Source: Escherichia phage vB_EcoM_VR25. From it: a DNA stretch of 64,000 nucleotides. A model generated the notes under the pieces. It searched no databases and had not been told where the DNA came from. It saw only the letters and a list, made by a program, of their open reading frames with translations. The stretch lies in the sequence record NC_028925.1. One strand, 5' to 3'. The position numbers were made by a program, and so were the translations under genes. Of this stretch, positions 42,037-53,293 are shown one piece after another. Numbering within the stretch: the first letter of the stretch is position 1; every line of letters starts with the position of its first letter.

Positions 42037-42705
42037 TCAGAGTGATTGAAGCGTTATTTGACAGTTTTTAACCGTCTCAATGAAAAGCTTACGAGCTTCA
42101 AGAGCATCTATATTTAAGATTTTCTTATAAGCATTTAGTTTGGTTGAATACTTGTCCCAAACCAAATCGTTAGTCTGTTCATCATGTTTATTTATTATAT
42201 GCAAAAATGAGTCAAGCAAACAAAACGTTTCAAATGAGATAACATTCGATTGGAGAAGTTTGAAAATATAACTCGTGTTCACTTTAGTATTATACTCGAA
42301 AATCTCTTGAAGCGATTTGACTTCAACTTTCTTACTAAAGTAATAGATGTTCTTTATATCATCTTCGTATACTTGTTTAATTCTTTTAAGTCTGCCGATG
42401 TATTCCCTATAAAATATCAGAGCATCGGCATCACTTATATCACCTATCCATGCATCCTGGTTCGCGACCAGGTTTGACATGAATATTAACGTTAATTCTT
42501 TGAGAGTATACTTATCGCTAAGCTTTTCGAAAAAATACTTATCGCGGCGTTTTTGATAAGCACTATCGGAGATTCGCATGGTCCAGTTATATTTGATAAT
42601 ATCATAACGACCCGAAAAATGCTGTTTGATGGATAAGTACAGTTGATATACTGATTTACCATTTATGTATCGGTTGTTATTTGGAGGCATGCGAATCGTA
42701 ATCAT
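42037..42705 (-). CDS. 59: gp59 helicase-loading protein
   Basis: 222 aa; size and position between 32 and 33. Confidence 0.8.
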   Translation of the reverse strand: MITIRMPPNNNRYINGKSVYQLYLSIKQHFSGRYDIIKYNWTMRISDSAYQKRRDKYFFEKLSDKYTLKELTLIFMSNLVANQDAWIGDISDADALIFYREYIGRLKRIKQVYEDDIKNIYYFSKKVEVKSLQEIFEYNTKVNTSYIFKLLQSNVISFETFCLLDSFLHIINKHDEQTNDLVWDKYSTKLNAYKKILNIDALEARKLFIETVKNCQITLQSL

Positions 42706-42995
42706 AACAAAAAGTCCAGCGTATTAGTTTTCTGTGTACGAGACATACTCGGACGAAGCAGGTTATCATCATATGCTTCGTTCATAATCTTATCAATGAT
42801 TCCCGCGGGAATGTATCGCGCAAAATTACCCTCAGGAACGCCACGTTCTTCTAACCAGGCAGTCGTAGCTTCCAGATAAGACATTTCAGTTGACTCAACC
42901 ATGGCTTCAATATCAAGCCCGTTTTGCTGCTTACTAATCGCCCCGGAAGGCGATTCAGTTTTCTGTGTATCAAAATTAACTAAAGAGGACATCAT
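42702..42995 (-). CDS. 33: gp33 late-transcription co-activator
   Basis: ORF 42702..43091 with probable internal start (~97 aa); position between 59 and dsbA. Confidence 0.55.
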   Translation of the reverse strand: MMSSLVNFDTQKTESPSGAISKQQNGLDIEAMVESTEMSYLEATTAWLEERGVPEGNFARYIPAGIIDKIMNEAYDDNLLRPSMSRTQKTNTLDFLL

Positions 42996-43245
42996 AGAGC
43001 TCCACAGCTTCGGTTTTTTCATCTTCAAAACGCTCACGAGTACCTTTATGATACAAGCCGAGCTGTGTATTGAACATCTTACCGTCAACACCTAATTCAG
43101 TTTTTGCCTTATCTTTAAGGTCTTTAATTTCGTCCGCGTATGCTTCCATTTTTAATTTAGTATCGGAAGCAGCTTTAATCAGCTTGGCCAGTTCAGCACC
43201 GTGAGTATCAGGACAAAATTCAACTTTCACTTTTTTCTCTTTCAT
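42976..43245 (-). CDS. dsbA: DsbA double-stranded DNA-binding protein
   Basis: 89 aa Lys/Glu-rich ORF; same size and position as T4 DsbA. Confidence 0.6.
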   Translation of the reverse strand: MKEKKVKVEFCPDTHGAELAKLIKAASDTKLKMEAYADEIKDLKDKAKTELGVDGKMFNTQLGLYHKGTRERFEDEKTEAVELYDVLFS

Positions 43246-43253
43246 AATATACC

Positions 43254-44198
43254 TTAATAAAATTCAGCAATATTTGCAGTTAGTTTAGACAGACCAGACT
43301 TAACAAAGTAAGGATAAACTTTACTTTTGGCTGGAATAGTGTAGTTATTATATCGTTCTAAGATTGAAGCGGATATTTCCGTTGGGATAAAGTCCATATC
43401 AATCAACAATTGGTTTTCACAGAATCTATTATATTGCTCTTCTGTTAAAAGCGTTTTCAGGACGTCATGGTCGTAATAGTTGAGCGCAATTTGTTCAAGC
43501 TCAGCAGCACGGGTCGGTGGAGTACGTTCCCCTTCTTCGTGAGTGTAATAAAAATCACCACGAACTTTGATGCTTGACACGTTATCTTTTTTGTCGCCTT
43601 TAACAACTTTTGTTACGCAATCCATAAGGGCATCGCCAGATTTTGTTTTTACATATTTTTTCTGCATCGGGGACCATTGTTTTACCCCAGGGAATTTATG
43701 CAACTGGGTAAAGTCACCATCCGAAGAAACAATCATAACCGGATGTCCGAGACCGGTGAGCAACTTCGTTAATACTGCAATATGGTCGTCTGCCTCAACT
43801 TTATCCATATTCATCACGATGTAAGGCATGTATTTTTCCATTTCATCAATGATGATGTGCATGGCAGCATGTAGACCTTCCCAATCGAATTGAGACTCTT
43901 CACGAGCTTTCGCACGGTTTTTCTTATAATAATAAGATTTCGTCCGGCGCCAATAACCATTCTTCGAGTTATCAACACAAATAATTGGAATCGTATAACC
44001 GAGCTTCTTGAACTGCACAATATTTTTTCTGATGGAGTTCAGAACCAGGTGGCGGGTCATTGCGGTTGTTACCTTTGGATAACCAGCGTCTTTGCCGAAT
44101 TCCTGGAATGCCGCAGCCATGATTAGCTGACTAAAATCGAGTAACTGAAAACCTTCTTTTTGACGGTCTTCTTCAGGGAGTAAAAAATCTAAATTCAT
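43254..44198 (-). CDS. rnh: RNase H (5'-3' exonuclease / flap endonuclease)
   Basis: 314 aa; FEN-family acidic clusters (e.g. VEADDHIAV, SSDGDF); synteny before gene 34. Confidence 0.85.
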   Translation of the reverse strand: MNLDFLLPEEDRQKEGFQLLDFSQLIMAAAFQEFGKDAGYPKVTTAMTRHLVLNSIRKNIVQFKKLGYTIPIICVDNSKNGYWRRTKSYYYKKNRAKAREESQFDWEGLHAAMHIIIDEMEKYMPYIVMNMDKVEADDHIAVLTKLLTGLGHPVMIVSSDGDFTQLHKFPGVKQWSPMQKKYVKTKSGDALMDCVTKVVKGDKKDNVSSIKVRGDFYYTHEEGERTPPTRAAELEQIALNYYDHDVLKTLLTEEQYNRFCENQLLIDMDFIPTEISASILERYNNYTIPAKSKVYPYFVKSGLSKLTANIAEFY

Positions 44199-44255
44199 AT
44201 GAACCTCTGTTCAATTAGTTGACTCGATTATATTAGCATAAAATTTTTAAAGCAA

Positions 44256-44263
44256 TATAAATA
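44256..44263 (+). promoter_or_regulatory. late promoter TATAAATA upstream of gene 34
   Basis: Exact consensus ~30 nt upstream of ATG. Confidence 0.65.
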
Positions 44264-44293
44264 CACGTATACCAATCAATAAGGATAAAGCAC

Positions 44294-47200
44294 ATGGCCG
44301 ATATTTTAAAACCAGCATTCAGAGCAACATCCGGTCTCGATGCTGCTGGTGAGAAAGTCATTAATGTCGCGAAAGCTGATTACTCAGTTTTGTCAGACGG
44401 CGTGAACGTAGACTTCTTTATAGAAGAAAACACAATTCAACAATATGATGCAACACGCGGATATAAGAAAGATTTTGCAGTTATCTATGATAACCGTATT
44501 TGGGTTTCCCAACGCGAAATCGCAGAACCAGCTGGCTCATTTGTTCAGCAATATTGGACTGCAACCCGTACTGACCCGAAATGGGAAACTGTTGCATCAC
44601 CGACTCGTCAGCTTAATTCCGGGGAATTTATCGCGGTCGACTCAGCTGCAAGCTTTACCACATTTACATTGCCTCCGAACCCGACTGATGGTGATACCAT
44701 CGTTATTAAAGATATCGGCGGCAATACCGGTTATAATGAAATCAAAGTTCAATCGAGCAATGTGCCTGGTCAAGGTAACCAAAAAATTGTTCGTTTTGGT
44801 AATCAGTATTCAGAAGTTTTAATTACCAAACCGTTCTCTTATAACATGCTTATTTTCTCCAACCGTTTATGGCAGTTCTGGGAAGCAGGTAACGAAGAAC
44901 GTGGAATAAGAATTGAACCAAGCTCTGGTAAATATCGTGCTCAGGCTGCAGACTTTATTATGCGCCGTTACACGACTGCAGAAAAAATTACATTTGTTCT
45001 TCCTAAGTATGCTAACCAAGGTGATATTGTCAAATCAGTAGACATAGATGGATTAGGGCCATTATATCACCTGGATGTTGAAACGTTTGACGAGTCAAGC
45101 TCTCTGGGTAAACAGGGTCAGCACAGTATGGAATTCCGTACAACTGGTGATGGCTTCTTCGTTTATAATGCCACTGAAAAACTGTGGGTGACTTGGGATG
45201 GTGATAACAAAACTCGCCTGCGTGTAATCCGTGACAGTGTGAAATTGCTGCCAAACGAAAGCATTATCGTATTTGGTAATGATAACAGCACTCCACAGAC
45301 AATTAACATCGACCTTCCAACGGGTGTTCGTTCTGGGGACGTAGTTAAGATTGCTCTGAACTATCTTCGCAAGGCACAGACTGTTAATATTAAGGCCACC
45401 GCGCTTGATAAAATCGCGTCTTCTGTTCAGCTGCTTCAGTTCCCGAAACGTTCGGAATATCCACCTGACACTGAATGGGTATTGGTTGACTCTTTGACTT
45501 TCAACGGTAACATAAGTTATACTCCGGTTATCGAATTAAGTTATCTTGAAGATACAGTTAGGAACATTAACTATTGGGTTGTTGCGCAAAACGTTCCGAC
45601 TGTCGAGCGTGTTGACTCTAAAGACGATTTGACCCGTGCTCGTCTGGGTGTTATTGCACTGGCTAACCAGGCACAAGCAAACGTTGACCATGAAAATAAC
45701 CCTGAAAAAGAATTAGCAATTACCCCGCAAACTTTAGCTAACCGTGTGGCTACTGAATCACGCCGCGGTATTGCACGAATCGCTAACACAGCACAGGTTA
45801 ACCAGGATACGACTTTTGCTTTCCAGGATGATATTATCGTTTCTCCGAAAAAGTTAAACGAACGTACAGCTACAGAAACAAGACGTGGACTCGCAGAAAT
45901 CGCCACACAGCAAGAAACTGATGCAGGTATAGATGATACCACAATCATCACTCCACGCAAGCTACAAGCTCGTCAGGGCTCTGAAAGCTTATCTGGTATT
46001 GTCAAGTATGTGCCGACTGTTGGAACTACTCCAGCCGCAAGTCGTATTACCGTTGGGACCAACATTTATAATAAGAACACAACTACTTTAGTTATTTCTC
46101 CTAAAGCTTTAGACCAATATAAAGCTGACCAGAATAACCAAGGTGCTGTATATCTAGCAACTCAGTCAGAAGTTAACGCAGGGGCAACAAATACAGGATT
46201 CAGTAACTCGGCCGTGACTCCTGAAACATTAGGTGCCCGCAGAGCAACAGATTCAAACCACGGTTTAATCGAGATTGCAACTCAGGTTGAAACTAATGCC
46301 GGTACTGATTATACCAGAGCTGTTACTCCTAAAACGTTGAATGACCGTAAAGCAACAGAATCATTATCCGGCATAGCCGAGATTGCTACGCAATCAGAAT
46401 TTGATACTGGCACTGATGATACTCGTATTGCAACGCCATTAAAAATTAAAACTAGACTTAATAATACTGCTCGTACTTCTGTTATTGCTGCAAGTGGTTT
46501 AGTAGAAACAGGGACGCTCTGGGACCATTATACGCTGAATATTCTTGAAGCAAATGAGACTCAACGTGGCACCGCAAGACTGGCTACTCAGCTTGAAGTT
46601 AATACTGGTACTGACGATAAAACAATCGTTACTCCGCTTAAGTTGATGTCGAAAAAAGCTACAGAAGGCACCGAAGGTATTGTTCGCATCGCAACTCGTG
46701 CCGAAACCATCGCAGGAACAAGTTCTGTTCTGGCTGTTTCTCCTGTTAGTCTGAAATGGATTGCACAGTCCGAACCAACATGGGCGGCAACCACGACGAC
46801 CCGCGGCTTTGTTAAGATGTCTGAAGGCGCAATTACTTTTGTCGGTAATGCAACCGCAGGTTCTACTCAGGCCCTTGACCTGTACGAGAAAAATAGCTAT
46901 GCTATCTCTCCGTATGAGTTAAACAAAACCCTTGGTAACTTCCTGCCACGTCTGGCTAAAGCAGCGGACTCGGATAAACTGGACAACCTGGATAGCACGC
47001 AGTTTATTCGTCGTGATATCGACCAAATCGTTGAAGGTACATTAACCCTTAGAAAGAACATAAGAGTTGATGGTCAACTGGCAACCGGCGGTACTGGTGA
47101 ATTTGGTGGCTCATTAGCTGCTAACTCAACATTTACTATCCGTAACACAGGTGCTTCAACTCGTTTGATATTTGAAAAAGGACCACAAACTGGAAATAAC

Positions 47201-48193
47201 CCGTTTCAAACCATGAATATCCGAGTATGGGGTAACCAATTCGCTGGTGGTTCTGATACAAGTCGTTCTACGATATTTGAAGTTGGCGATGAAACATCCA
47301 ACCACTTTTATTCGCAACGTAATAAAGACGGTAATATAGCGTTTAGCATTAATGGTACTGTAATGTCAATAAATGTTAATGCTTCCGGTTTGTTGAATGT
47401 GAATGGCGTTGCAACATTCGGTCGTTCAGTTACTGCTAACGGTGAATTCATTAGCAAGTCTGCAAATGCTTTTAGAGCAATTAATGGTGATTACGGATTC
47501 TTTATTCGCAATGATGCTGCTACCACCTATTTTATGTTAACTAATTCAGGTGACCAGACTGGTGGATTTAATGGATTACGGCCTTTAGCTATTAATAATG
47601 CCTCCGGTTTAGTAACTATTGGCGAAAGTTTGATTATTGCTAAAGGTGCAACGATTAATGCTGGCGGTTTAACAGTTAACTCGAGAATTCGTTCACAAGG
47701 TACTAAACCCGCTGACCTTTATTCGAGAAAACCTAATGCAGATAATACAGGCTTCTGGTCTGTTGAAGTTAATGACTCTGCTACATATAATCAGTTCCCG
47801 GGTTATTTCAAAATGGTTGAAAAGACCAACGAAGTAACTGGTCTGCCTTATTTGGAGCGTGGTGAAGAAGTTAAATCACCGGGTACATTAACTCAGTTTG
47901 GTAACACACTGAATTCACTCTATCAAGACTGGATTACTTATCCGAATACGACCACAGCAAGCACCACTCGCTGGACTCGTACATGGCAGCAGAACAAAAA
48001 CGCATGGTCTGGTTTTGTTCAGGTATTTGATGGCGGTAACCCACCACAGCCTTCAGATATCGGTGCATTGCCTGCTGATAACGCTTCGATGAGCAACCTG
48101 ACTATCAGAGATTGGTTAAGAATCGGTAACGTACGTATTGTTCCGGACCCAGTAACTAAATCCGTTAAATTCGAATGGATTGATACACCATAA
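44294..48193 (+). CDS. 34: long tail fibre proximal subunit gp34
   Basis: 1299 aa; TATAAATA late promoter 30 nt upstream; repetitive beta-rich sequence; synteny. Confidence 0.9.
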   Translation: MADILKPAFRATSGLDAAGEKVINVAKADYSVLSDGVNVDFFIEENTIQQYDATRGYKKDFAVIYDNRIWVSQREIAEPAGSFVQQYWTATRTDPKWETVASPTRQLNSGEFIAVDSAASFTTFTLPPNPTDGDTIVIKDIGGNTGYNEIKVQSSNVPGQGNQKIVRFGNQYSEVLITKPFSYNMLIFSNRLWQFWEAGNEERGIRIEPSSGKYRAQAADFIMRRYTTAEKITFVLPKYANQGDIVKSVDIDGLGPLYHLDVETFDESSSLGKQGQHSMEFRTTGDGFFVYNATEKLWVTWDGDNKTRLRVIRDSVKLLPNESIIVFGNDNSTPQTINIDLPTGVRSGDVVKIALNYLRKAQTVNIKATALDKIASSVQLLQFPKRSEYPPDTEWVLVDSLTFNGNISYTPVIELSYLEDTVRNINYWVVAQNVPTVERVDSKDDLTRARLGVIALANQAQANVDHENNPEKELAITPQTLANRVATESRRGIARIANTAQVNQDTTFAFQDDIIVSPKKLNERTATETRRGLAEIATQQETDAGIDDTTIITPRKLQARQGSESLSGIVKYVPTVGTTPAASRITVGTNIYNKNTTTLVISPKALDQYKADQNNQGAVYLATQSEVNAGATNTGFSNSAVTPETLGARRATDSNHGLIEIATQVETNAGTDYTRAVTPKTLNDRKATESLSGIAEIATQSEFDTGTDDTRIATPLKIKTRLNNTARTSVIAASGLVETGTLWDHYTLNILEANETQRGTARLATQLEVNTGTDDKTIVTPLKLMSKKATEGTEGIVRIATRAETIAGTSSVLAVSPVSLKWIAQSEPTWAATTTTRGFVKMSEGAITFVGNATAGSTQALDLYEKNSYAISPYELNKTLGNFLPRLAKAADSDKLDNLDSTQFIRRDIDQIVEGTLTLRKNIRVDGQLATGGTGEFGGSLAANSTFTIRNTGASTRLIFEKGPQTGNNPFQTMNIRVWGNQFAGGSDTSRSTIFEVGDETSNHFYSQRNKDGNIAFSINGTVMSINVNASGLLNVNGVATFGRSVTANGEFISKSANAFRAINGDYGFFIRNDAATTYFMLTNSGDQTGGFNGLRPLAINNASGLVTIGESLIIAKGATINAGGLTVNSRIRSQGTKPADLYSRKPNADNTGFWSVEVNDSATYNQFPGYFKMVEKTNEVTGLPYLERGEEVKSPGTLTQFGNTLNSLYQDWITYPNTTTASTTRWTRTWQQNKNAWSGFVQVFDGGNPPQPSDIGALPADNASMSNLTIRDWLRIGNVRIVPDPVTKSVKFEWIDTP

Positions 48194-48201
48194 GAGGTAT
48201 T

Positions 48202-49338
48202 ATGGAAAAATTTATGGCTGAATTTGGACAGGGATATGTCCAGGTTCCCGTGCTTTCTGAAAATAACGCAGTAAGATATAAATTGTCGATTGCAGGGACT
48301 TGTACTAAATCGCCAAACTATCCCTACGTTAAGTTTCAAGATGAGGCCTTCGGGCCTCAGAACTTCCAGAATGGATTAAACCTTATTGAAATCAACCCTG
48401 TAACAAATACAATTACAGCAACCAAAAACTATGGTTTCACAAAGGATTATGATGTAATTTCACAAGCTTTTGTGACTTACATTAATTCAATCCCGGCTGG
48501 TAGAATTGTTTGTTTGATATCACAGGGTAAATTAAATGCATCACAGACTTTAATTGATTGGTTTCGTGCTCATGGCTCGACTGCATTCCCAGATAAGTGG
48601 TTAATCGACCAGGTTGACACATCTTATGCAGCCTTTTATATCACCGGACGAAATGCAATCGTTAAAGAACATGTATTGTATAATGATGGGGTAACTGTTG
48701 AGGATGTATTGACTCCATTGGAAATGGTGTACGACGACTTTGCTGATGTTGGTGGCACAGGCTTCCCCCTGCGCATCGTGGAAGACGAAAATACATATTA
48801 CAGTAATGTTACACAAGAAATAAAACGCTTCCCCACAGACGACCCTATCACTCCTGTGGCCACATATAATATGGCTCCTGGTGATACTTTTTATTTGAAG
48901 TTTCAACTGACTTATGACCAGGCGTTAAAAGACCTTGGGACAACTCAGATGTCTGTACGATTCTTTACTGGTCAGACAATGATTCAGTCAAATGATTATG
49001 ATATCCCGGCGACTGGTCAGGCAAGTCCGCCCGCTGGAGCATGGATGACATTTGAACGCTATGTTGTTGTTCCACCGAATGCTGATGGATTTACATTATA
49101 TGCAAGGAAGACTGTAACCACAGGTCAGGGTGGAGTAAGGAATATTTTCTTCACAGAAATAGCGAGACAAGAAACTCAAGCCAAATCTGCTGAAATTGGT
49201 GTCAACGGTATAAGAATGGTTGTTGCCGGAGAACCAGGTAATATGGGTAATGTCATTGCACAATTGAATGATAAAAATGCAACAAGGTCCAGTCAAGCTG
49301 GATTCGTATTTGCGGCTGAATTCAGAGAAAAACAATAA
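48202..49338 (+). CDS. 35: long tail fibre hinge connector gp35
   Basis: 378 aa; size and synteny. Confidence 0.8.
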   Translation: MEKFMAEFGQGYVQVPVLSENNAVRYKLSIAGTCTKSPNYPYVKFQDEAFGPQNFQNGLNLIEINPVTNTITATKNYGFTKDYDVISQAFVTYINSIPAGRIVCLISQGKLNASQTLIDWFRAHGSTAFPDKWLIDQVDTSYAAFYITGRNAIVKEHVLYNDGVTVEDVLTPLEMVYDDFADVGGTGFPLRIVEDENTYYSNVTQEIKRFPTDDPITPVATYNMAPGDTFYLKFQLTYDQALKDLGTTQMSVRFFTGQTMIQSNDYDIPATGQASPPAGAWMTFERYVVVPPNADGFTLYARKTVTTGQGGVRNIFFTEIARQETQAKSAEIGVNGIRMVVAGEPGNMGNVIAQLNDKNATRSSQAGFVFAAEFREKQ

Positions 49339-49358
49339 GGACCTTCGGGTCCTTTTTT
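49339..49358 (+). terminator. hairpin terminator after gene 35
   Basis: aaggacc ttcg ggtcctt followed by TTTTTT. Confidence 0.65.
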
Positions 49359-49361
49359 CGT

Positions 49362-49369
49362 TATAAATA
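49362..49369 (+). promoter_or_regulatory. late promoter TATAAATA upstream of gene 36
   Basis: Exact consensus ~25 nt upstream of ATG. Confidence 0.65.
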
Positions 49370-49394
49370 CTCCTATCTAATAAGGGGAACTAAT

Positions 49395-50054
49395 ATGGCC
49401 GATTTAAGAGTAGGCTCAACGACTGGCGGGTCAGTAATATGGCACCAGGGTAATTTTCCGTTGACGCCGGTTAGCAACGATGTTTTTTACAAAACATACA
49501 AAGTATACACAGAATTTAATAAACCACAAGCAGCAGATAACGACTTTGTTTCTAAAGCAGCAGGTGGGACATATCTGAACACTGTAGGGTTTGATAAAGA
49601 TTTACAGTTTAAAGACACCGATGGGTATTGGGTTAAATTAGGACGTAAAGTAAACAACTCCCCAATGTCTGCTACATATTCTTTCTCATTTAGAATGAGC
49701 AAAGGTATGGGTCTTGAGACATCGGATGGTACACCGTTTGTAATTTTTGACCCGAGCACTGTTGTAGGTGCAAACAGACTTACTGTTATGGGTGATATCC
49801 TTGGTCGTCAAATTAAAGATGAATCAGGGAGAGTATTTTCTCCAGGGAATACTCCGTCAAAAGCACAAGTTGGATTAAGTGATGTGGATAACGCAAAACA
49901 GGTCCAAATAAATAATAGTAACATACAATCTATGGCTGGTGTTCTTTCAGCCCCGAATTTTATATCTAGGAACCCAGGTACATTGAACGAACACGTTCCT
50001 CGTATTGACCAGGTTGTTCTTAGAGGCACATACGAAGATTTTGGATATTATTAA
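49395..50054 (+). CDS. 36: long tail fibre distal connector gp36
   Basis: 219 aa; own TATAAATA late promoter; synteny. Confidence 0.8.
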   Translation: MADLRVGSTTGGSVIWHQGNFPLTPVSNDVFYKTYKVYTEFNKPQAADNDFVSKAAGGTYLNTVGFDKDLQFKDTDGYWVKLGRKVNNSPMSATYSFSFRMSKGMGLETSDGTPFVIFDPSTVVGANRLTVMGDILGRQIKDESGRVFSPGNTPSKAQVGLSDVDNAKQVQINNSNIQSMAGVLSAPNFISRNPGTLNEHVPRIDQVVLRGTYEDFGYY

Positions 50055-50062
50055 GAGGCAAT

Positions 50063-53000
50063 ATGGCTACTTTAAAAGCGATACAATTTAAAAGAAGTAA
50101 GACAGCTGGTGCCAAGCCTACTGTAGACCAGTTGGTTGAAGGTGAACTGGCTATTAACTTACGCGACCGCACGATTTATACCAAAACCGACCAGAACCAG
50201 ATTATCGACCTTGGATTTGCTAAAGGTGGTCAGGTTGATGGTGATATTCTCCAGAACGGCACATTTAACCTCAATGGTAATATGTTCGTTTACGCTGGTA
50301 AGTATATTGAATTCCTGCCTAAAACTGCCGGTAATGGCGCATGGTCCAACCAGCACTTGAATAAAGCTCCTATCTTTGCAGATTTAAGTTCAACTACCTC
50401 AGTATCAGAATACCATCCTCTGATTAAGCAACGTTATAAAGACGGTACTTTTTCTGCCGGTACATTAGTAAATGAAGGTAGTTTTAAATTCCATTATATT
50501 GATGAAACTGGTCAATCTAAATATTGGACATTTGCGCGCTCAGGTAATTTTCAAGTTGATTCTGGTAATTTATTAGTATCTGGTGGGTATTTAGTCGCTC
50601 AGAATAATATTGAAACAAGAACAGGTTCTTTGATTGGTCCATCTGTTGTAACTAAAAATATTTCATTTGATACAAAAGCGTTCGGACAATACGATTCGCA
50701 GTCATTAGTTCAATATGTTTATCCTGGAACAGGTGAAGAAAATGGTATAAACTATCTTCGTAAAGTTCGAGCTAAATCAGGTGGAACCATTTACCATGAA
50801 ATCGCTTCAGCTCAAACTGGTAAGAATGATGAAATTTCTTGGTGGAATGGAAATACACCTACTACTAAATTAATGGGTCTTCGTAATGATGGCGCCATGG
50901 TATTACGTCGTTCACTTGCTATTGGCACAATTACTGCTGACGAAAATACTAACAACTACGGCTCTCCTACTCCATTGGGAGAAAGATATATTGCTTTGGG
51001 CGATGCTGCCACTGGTTTAAAATACATTAAGCAGGGCGTTTATGATTTAGTAGGTAATTGGAATTCTGTCGCATCTATTACACCTGACAGTTTCCGCAGT
51101 ACTCGCAAAGGTTTATTTGGACGTTCAGAAGACCAAGGCACTACATGGATTATGCCTGGAATCAACGCCGCTCTTTTATCAGTCCAAACTCAGGCTGATG
51201 TGAATAACGCAGGTGATGGTCAGACGCATATTGGCTATAACTCTGGTGGAAAAATGTCACATTATTTCCGCGGTAAAGGTCAAACGAATATTAACACTCA
51301 AGAAGGCATGGAACTTAATCCAGGTATTCTTAAACTGGTAACCGGTGCAAATAATGTACAATTTTATGCTGACGGCACTATTTCTTCTATCCAACCTGTT
51401 AAATTAGACAACGAATTATTTTTAAATAGTTCTAATAATACTGCAGGCCTTAAACTTGGTGCCCCTAGCAAAGTTGATGGCTCGAGAACTATCCAGTGGA
51501 ACGCCGGGACCCGTGCAGGACAAAATAAAAGTTATCTGACTATGAAAGCTTGGGGTAATGCATTCGACTCCACTGCCGGCGAACGCGAAACTGTATTTGA
51601 ATTGTATGACGGCCAGGGCTATCATTTTTATTCTCAACGTTTAGCTCCGACGGGTTCTGAAACTGTCGGTACTCTTCAATTCAGAATTTCTGGCGCTTTA
51701 CGTGTAGGTGGCGGTATTATATCGGCAGGTTCTATTGTTACTGAATCAAGTTTAGTTGCAAATAATGGATTATCTGTAAACGGACAAGCTAAATTCGGTG
51801 GAACAGCAGATGCATTAAGAATTTGGAATGCTGAATACGGTGCTATTTTCCGTCGTTCAGAAGCAGCATTGCATATTATTCCAACTCCTAAAGACGCTGG
51901 TGAAAGCGGTGGAATAAGTAATCTCCGTCCATTAAGTATCAGCCTTAATAATGGTATGGTGCAAATGCGACATTCTGTTACGTTAGGCGATGATGGAGCT
52001 GGCGGTAATATGATTACTGTGGACAATGACGGTAAACTTGTTGTTGTTACGAGTCATAGTCGCATTTCTCCTAATTATAATATGCAATTAGGACAAAATG
52101 CTTATATAGATATTGAGGCTACTGAAGGTGCACGCCCGGCGGGTTGGGGTTCATTTGCATCTCAGAACGATGCAAATGTCAGGGCTCCGATTTATATGAA
52201 TATAGACCGTGCCGCTACTTCTGAATATCTCCCTATTATCAAACAACGTTACGTACAGGGCGATAGTACTTATTCTATGGGCACCTTAATTTCTCGAGGA
52301 GACTTCCGCATCCATTATCACCAAGGTAATAGTACTACCGGCACTGATTTAAGCTGGGAATTCCGCCGCGACGGTGATTTCCGCGCTTCGGGTAAAATTA
52401 TTGCCGGTTCTGTTACTCTTGACCATGATGGTAACATCACAGGTGGTTCTGGTAATTTTGCTAACTTGAACAGTACAATTGAATCACTTAAAACCGATAT
52501 TGTATCAAGCTATCCAATTGGTGCTCCTATTCCATGGCCAACAGATACTCCTCCTGCGGGTTATGCTTTAATGACGGGTCAGCCCTTTGACAAGAGCACA
52601 TATCCCAAGCTTGCCGTTGCTTATCCATCAGGTACTATTCCGGATATGCGTGGACAAACTATTAAGGGTAAACCGAGTGGTCGTGCCGTGCTGAGTGCGG
52701 AAGCTGATGGTATTAAGTCTCATAATCATAGTGCTTCTGCATCTAATACTGATTTGGGTACTAAAACCACATCAAGCTTTGATTATGGTACTAAAACCAC
52801 ATCAAGCTTTGATTATGGTACTAAGACCAGTAATACCACTGGTAACCATAACCATACAGTAAGTGGAACTACTGCCGCTGCAGGTAACCACCAACACGCG
52901 CGTTCAGGTCCTCAGGTACAAGGCGGCATACCCACTAGCGTATTCTATGACGGATACAATACTGTAGGTCCAAACGGCAACGCTAAATTCACTGCAACCG

Positions 53001-53266
53001 TGAGCGGTGCTACTGCATCGTCGAATATGGCCAAAACATCAACAGAAGGTAACCATACTCATACTTGGTCAGGTACTACTAGCGCTACGGGTAACCATGC
53101 TCATACTGTAGGTATCGGTGCTCACACTCACACTGTAGGTATCGGTGCCCACTCGCATTCAGTAGCGATTGGTTCGCACGGACATACTATCACTGTAAAT
53201 AGTACAGGTAATACAGAAAACACGGTTAAAAACATTGCTTTTAACTATATCGTTCGTTTAGCATAA
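50063..53266 (+). CDS. 37: long tail fibre distal subunit gp37 (receptor-binding tip with His-x-His repeats)
   Basis: 1067 aa; C-terminal GNHNHT/GNHTHT/GAHTHT/GSHGHT motifs and ending ...[11 protein letters not shown] as remembered for T4 gp37. Confidence 0.9.
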   Translation: MATLKAIQFKRSKTAGAKPTVDQLVEGELAINLRDRTIYTKTDQNQIIDLGFAKGGQVDGDILQNGTFNLNGNMFVYAGKYIEFLPKTAGNGAWSNQHLNKAPIFADLSSTTSVSEYHPLIKQRYKDGTFSAGTLVNEGSFKFHYIDETGQSKYWTFARSGNFQVDSGNLLVSGGYLVAQNNIETRTGSLIGPSVVTKNISFDTKAFGQYDSQSLVQYVYPGTGEENGINYLRKVRAKSGGTIYHEIASAQTGKNDEISWWNGNTPTTKLMGLRNDGAMVLRRSLAIGTITADENTNNYGSPTPLGERYIALGDAATGLKYIKQGVYDLVGNWNSVASITPDSFRSTRKGLFGRSEDQGTTWIMPGINAALLSVQTQADVNNAGDGQTHIGYNSGGKMSHYFRGKGQTNINTQEGMELNPGILKLVTGANNVQFYADGTISSIQPVKLDNELFLNSSNNTAGLKLGAPSKVDGSRTIQWNAGTRAGQNKSYLTMKAWGNAFDSTAGERETVFELYDGQGYHFYSQRLAPTGSETVGTLQFRISGALRVGGGIISAGSIVTESSLVANNGLSVNGQAKFGGTADALRIWNAEYGAIFRRSEAALHIIPTPKDAGESGGISNLRPLSISLNNGMVQMRHSVTLGDDGAGGNMITVDNDGKLVVVTSHSRISPNYNMQLGQNAYIDIEATEGARPAGWGSFASQNDANVRAPIYMNIDRAATSEYLPIIKQRYVQGDSTYSMGTLISRGDFRIHYHQGNSTTGTDLSWEFRRDGDFRASGKIIAGSVTLDHDGNITGGSGNFANLNSTIESLKTDIVSSYPIGAPIPWPTDTPPAGYALMTGQPFDKSTYPKLAVAYPSGTIPDMRGQTIKGKPSGRAVLSAEADGIKSHNHSASASNTDLGTKTTSSFDYGTKTTSSFDYGTKTSNTTGNHNHTVSGTTAAAGNHQHARSGPQVQGGIPTSVFYDGYNTVGPNGNAKFTATVSGATASSNMAKTSTEGNHTHTWSGTTSATGNHAHTVGIGAHTHTVGIGAHSHSVAIGSHGHTITVNSTGNTENTVKNIAFNYIVRLA
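52757..52828 (+). repeat. perfect 30-bp in-frame tandem duplication inside gene 37 ([10 protein letters not shown] x2 plus partial third)
   Basis: ggtactaaaaccacatcaagctttgattat occurs twice consecutively, followed by ggtactaagacc. Confidence 0.85.
53105..53158 (+). repeat. 27-bp near-perfect tandem repeat in gene 37 His-x-His region ([19 protein letters not shown])
   Basis: actgtaggtatcggtgctcacactcac / actgtaggtatcggtgcccactcgcat. Confidence 0.8.
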
Positions 53267-53270
53267 GGAG

Positions 53271-53286
53271 AGGGGCTTCGGCCCCT
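53271..53286 (+). promoter_or_regulatory. stem-loop between Shine-Dalgarno-like AGGAG and the gene 38 start codon (split ribosome-binding site)
   Basis: aggggc ttcg gcccct hairpin lies between aaggag (53265..53270) and ATG (53294). Confidence 0.5.
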
Positions 53287-53293
53287 TCTGAAT

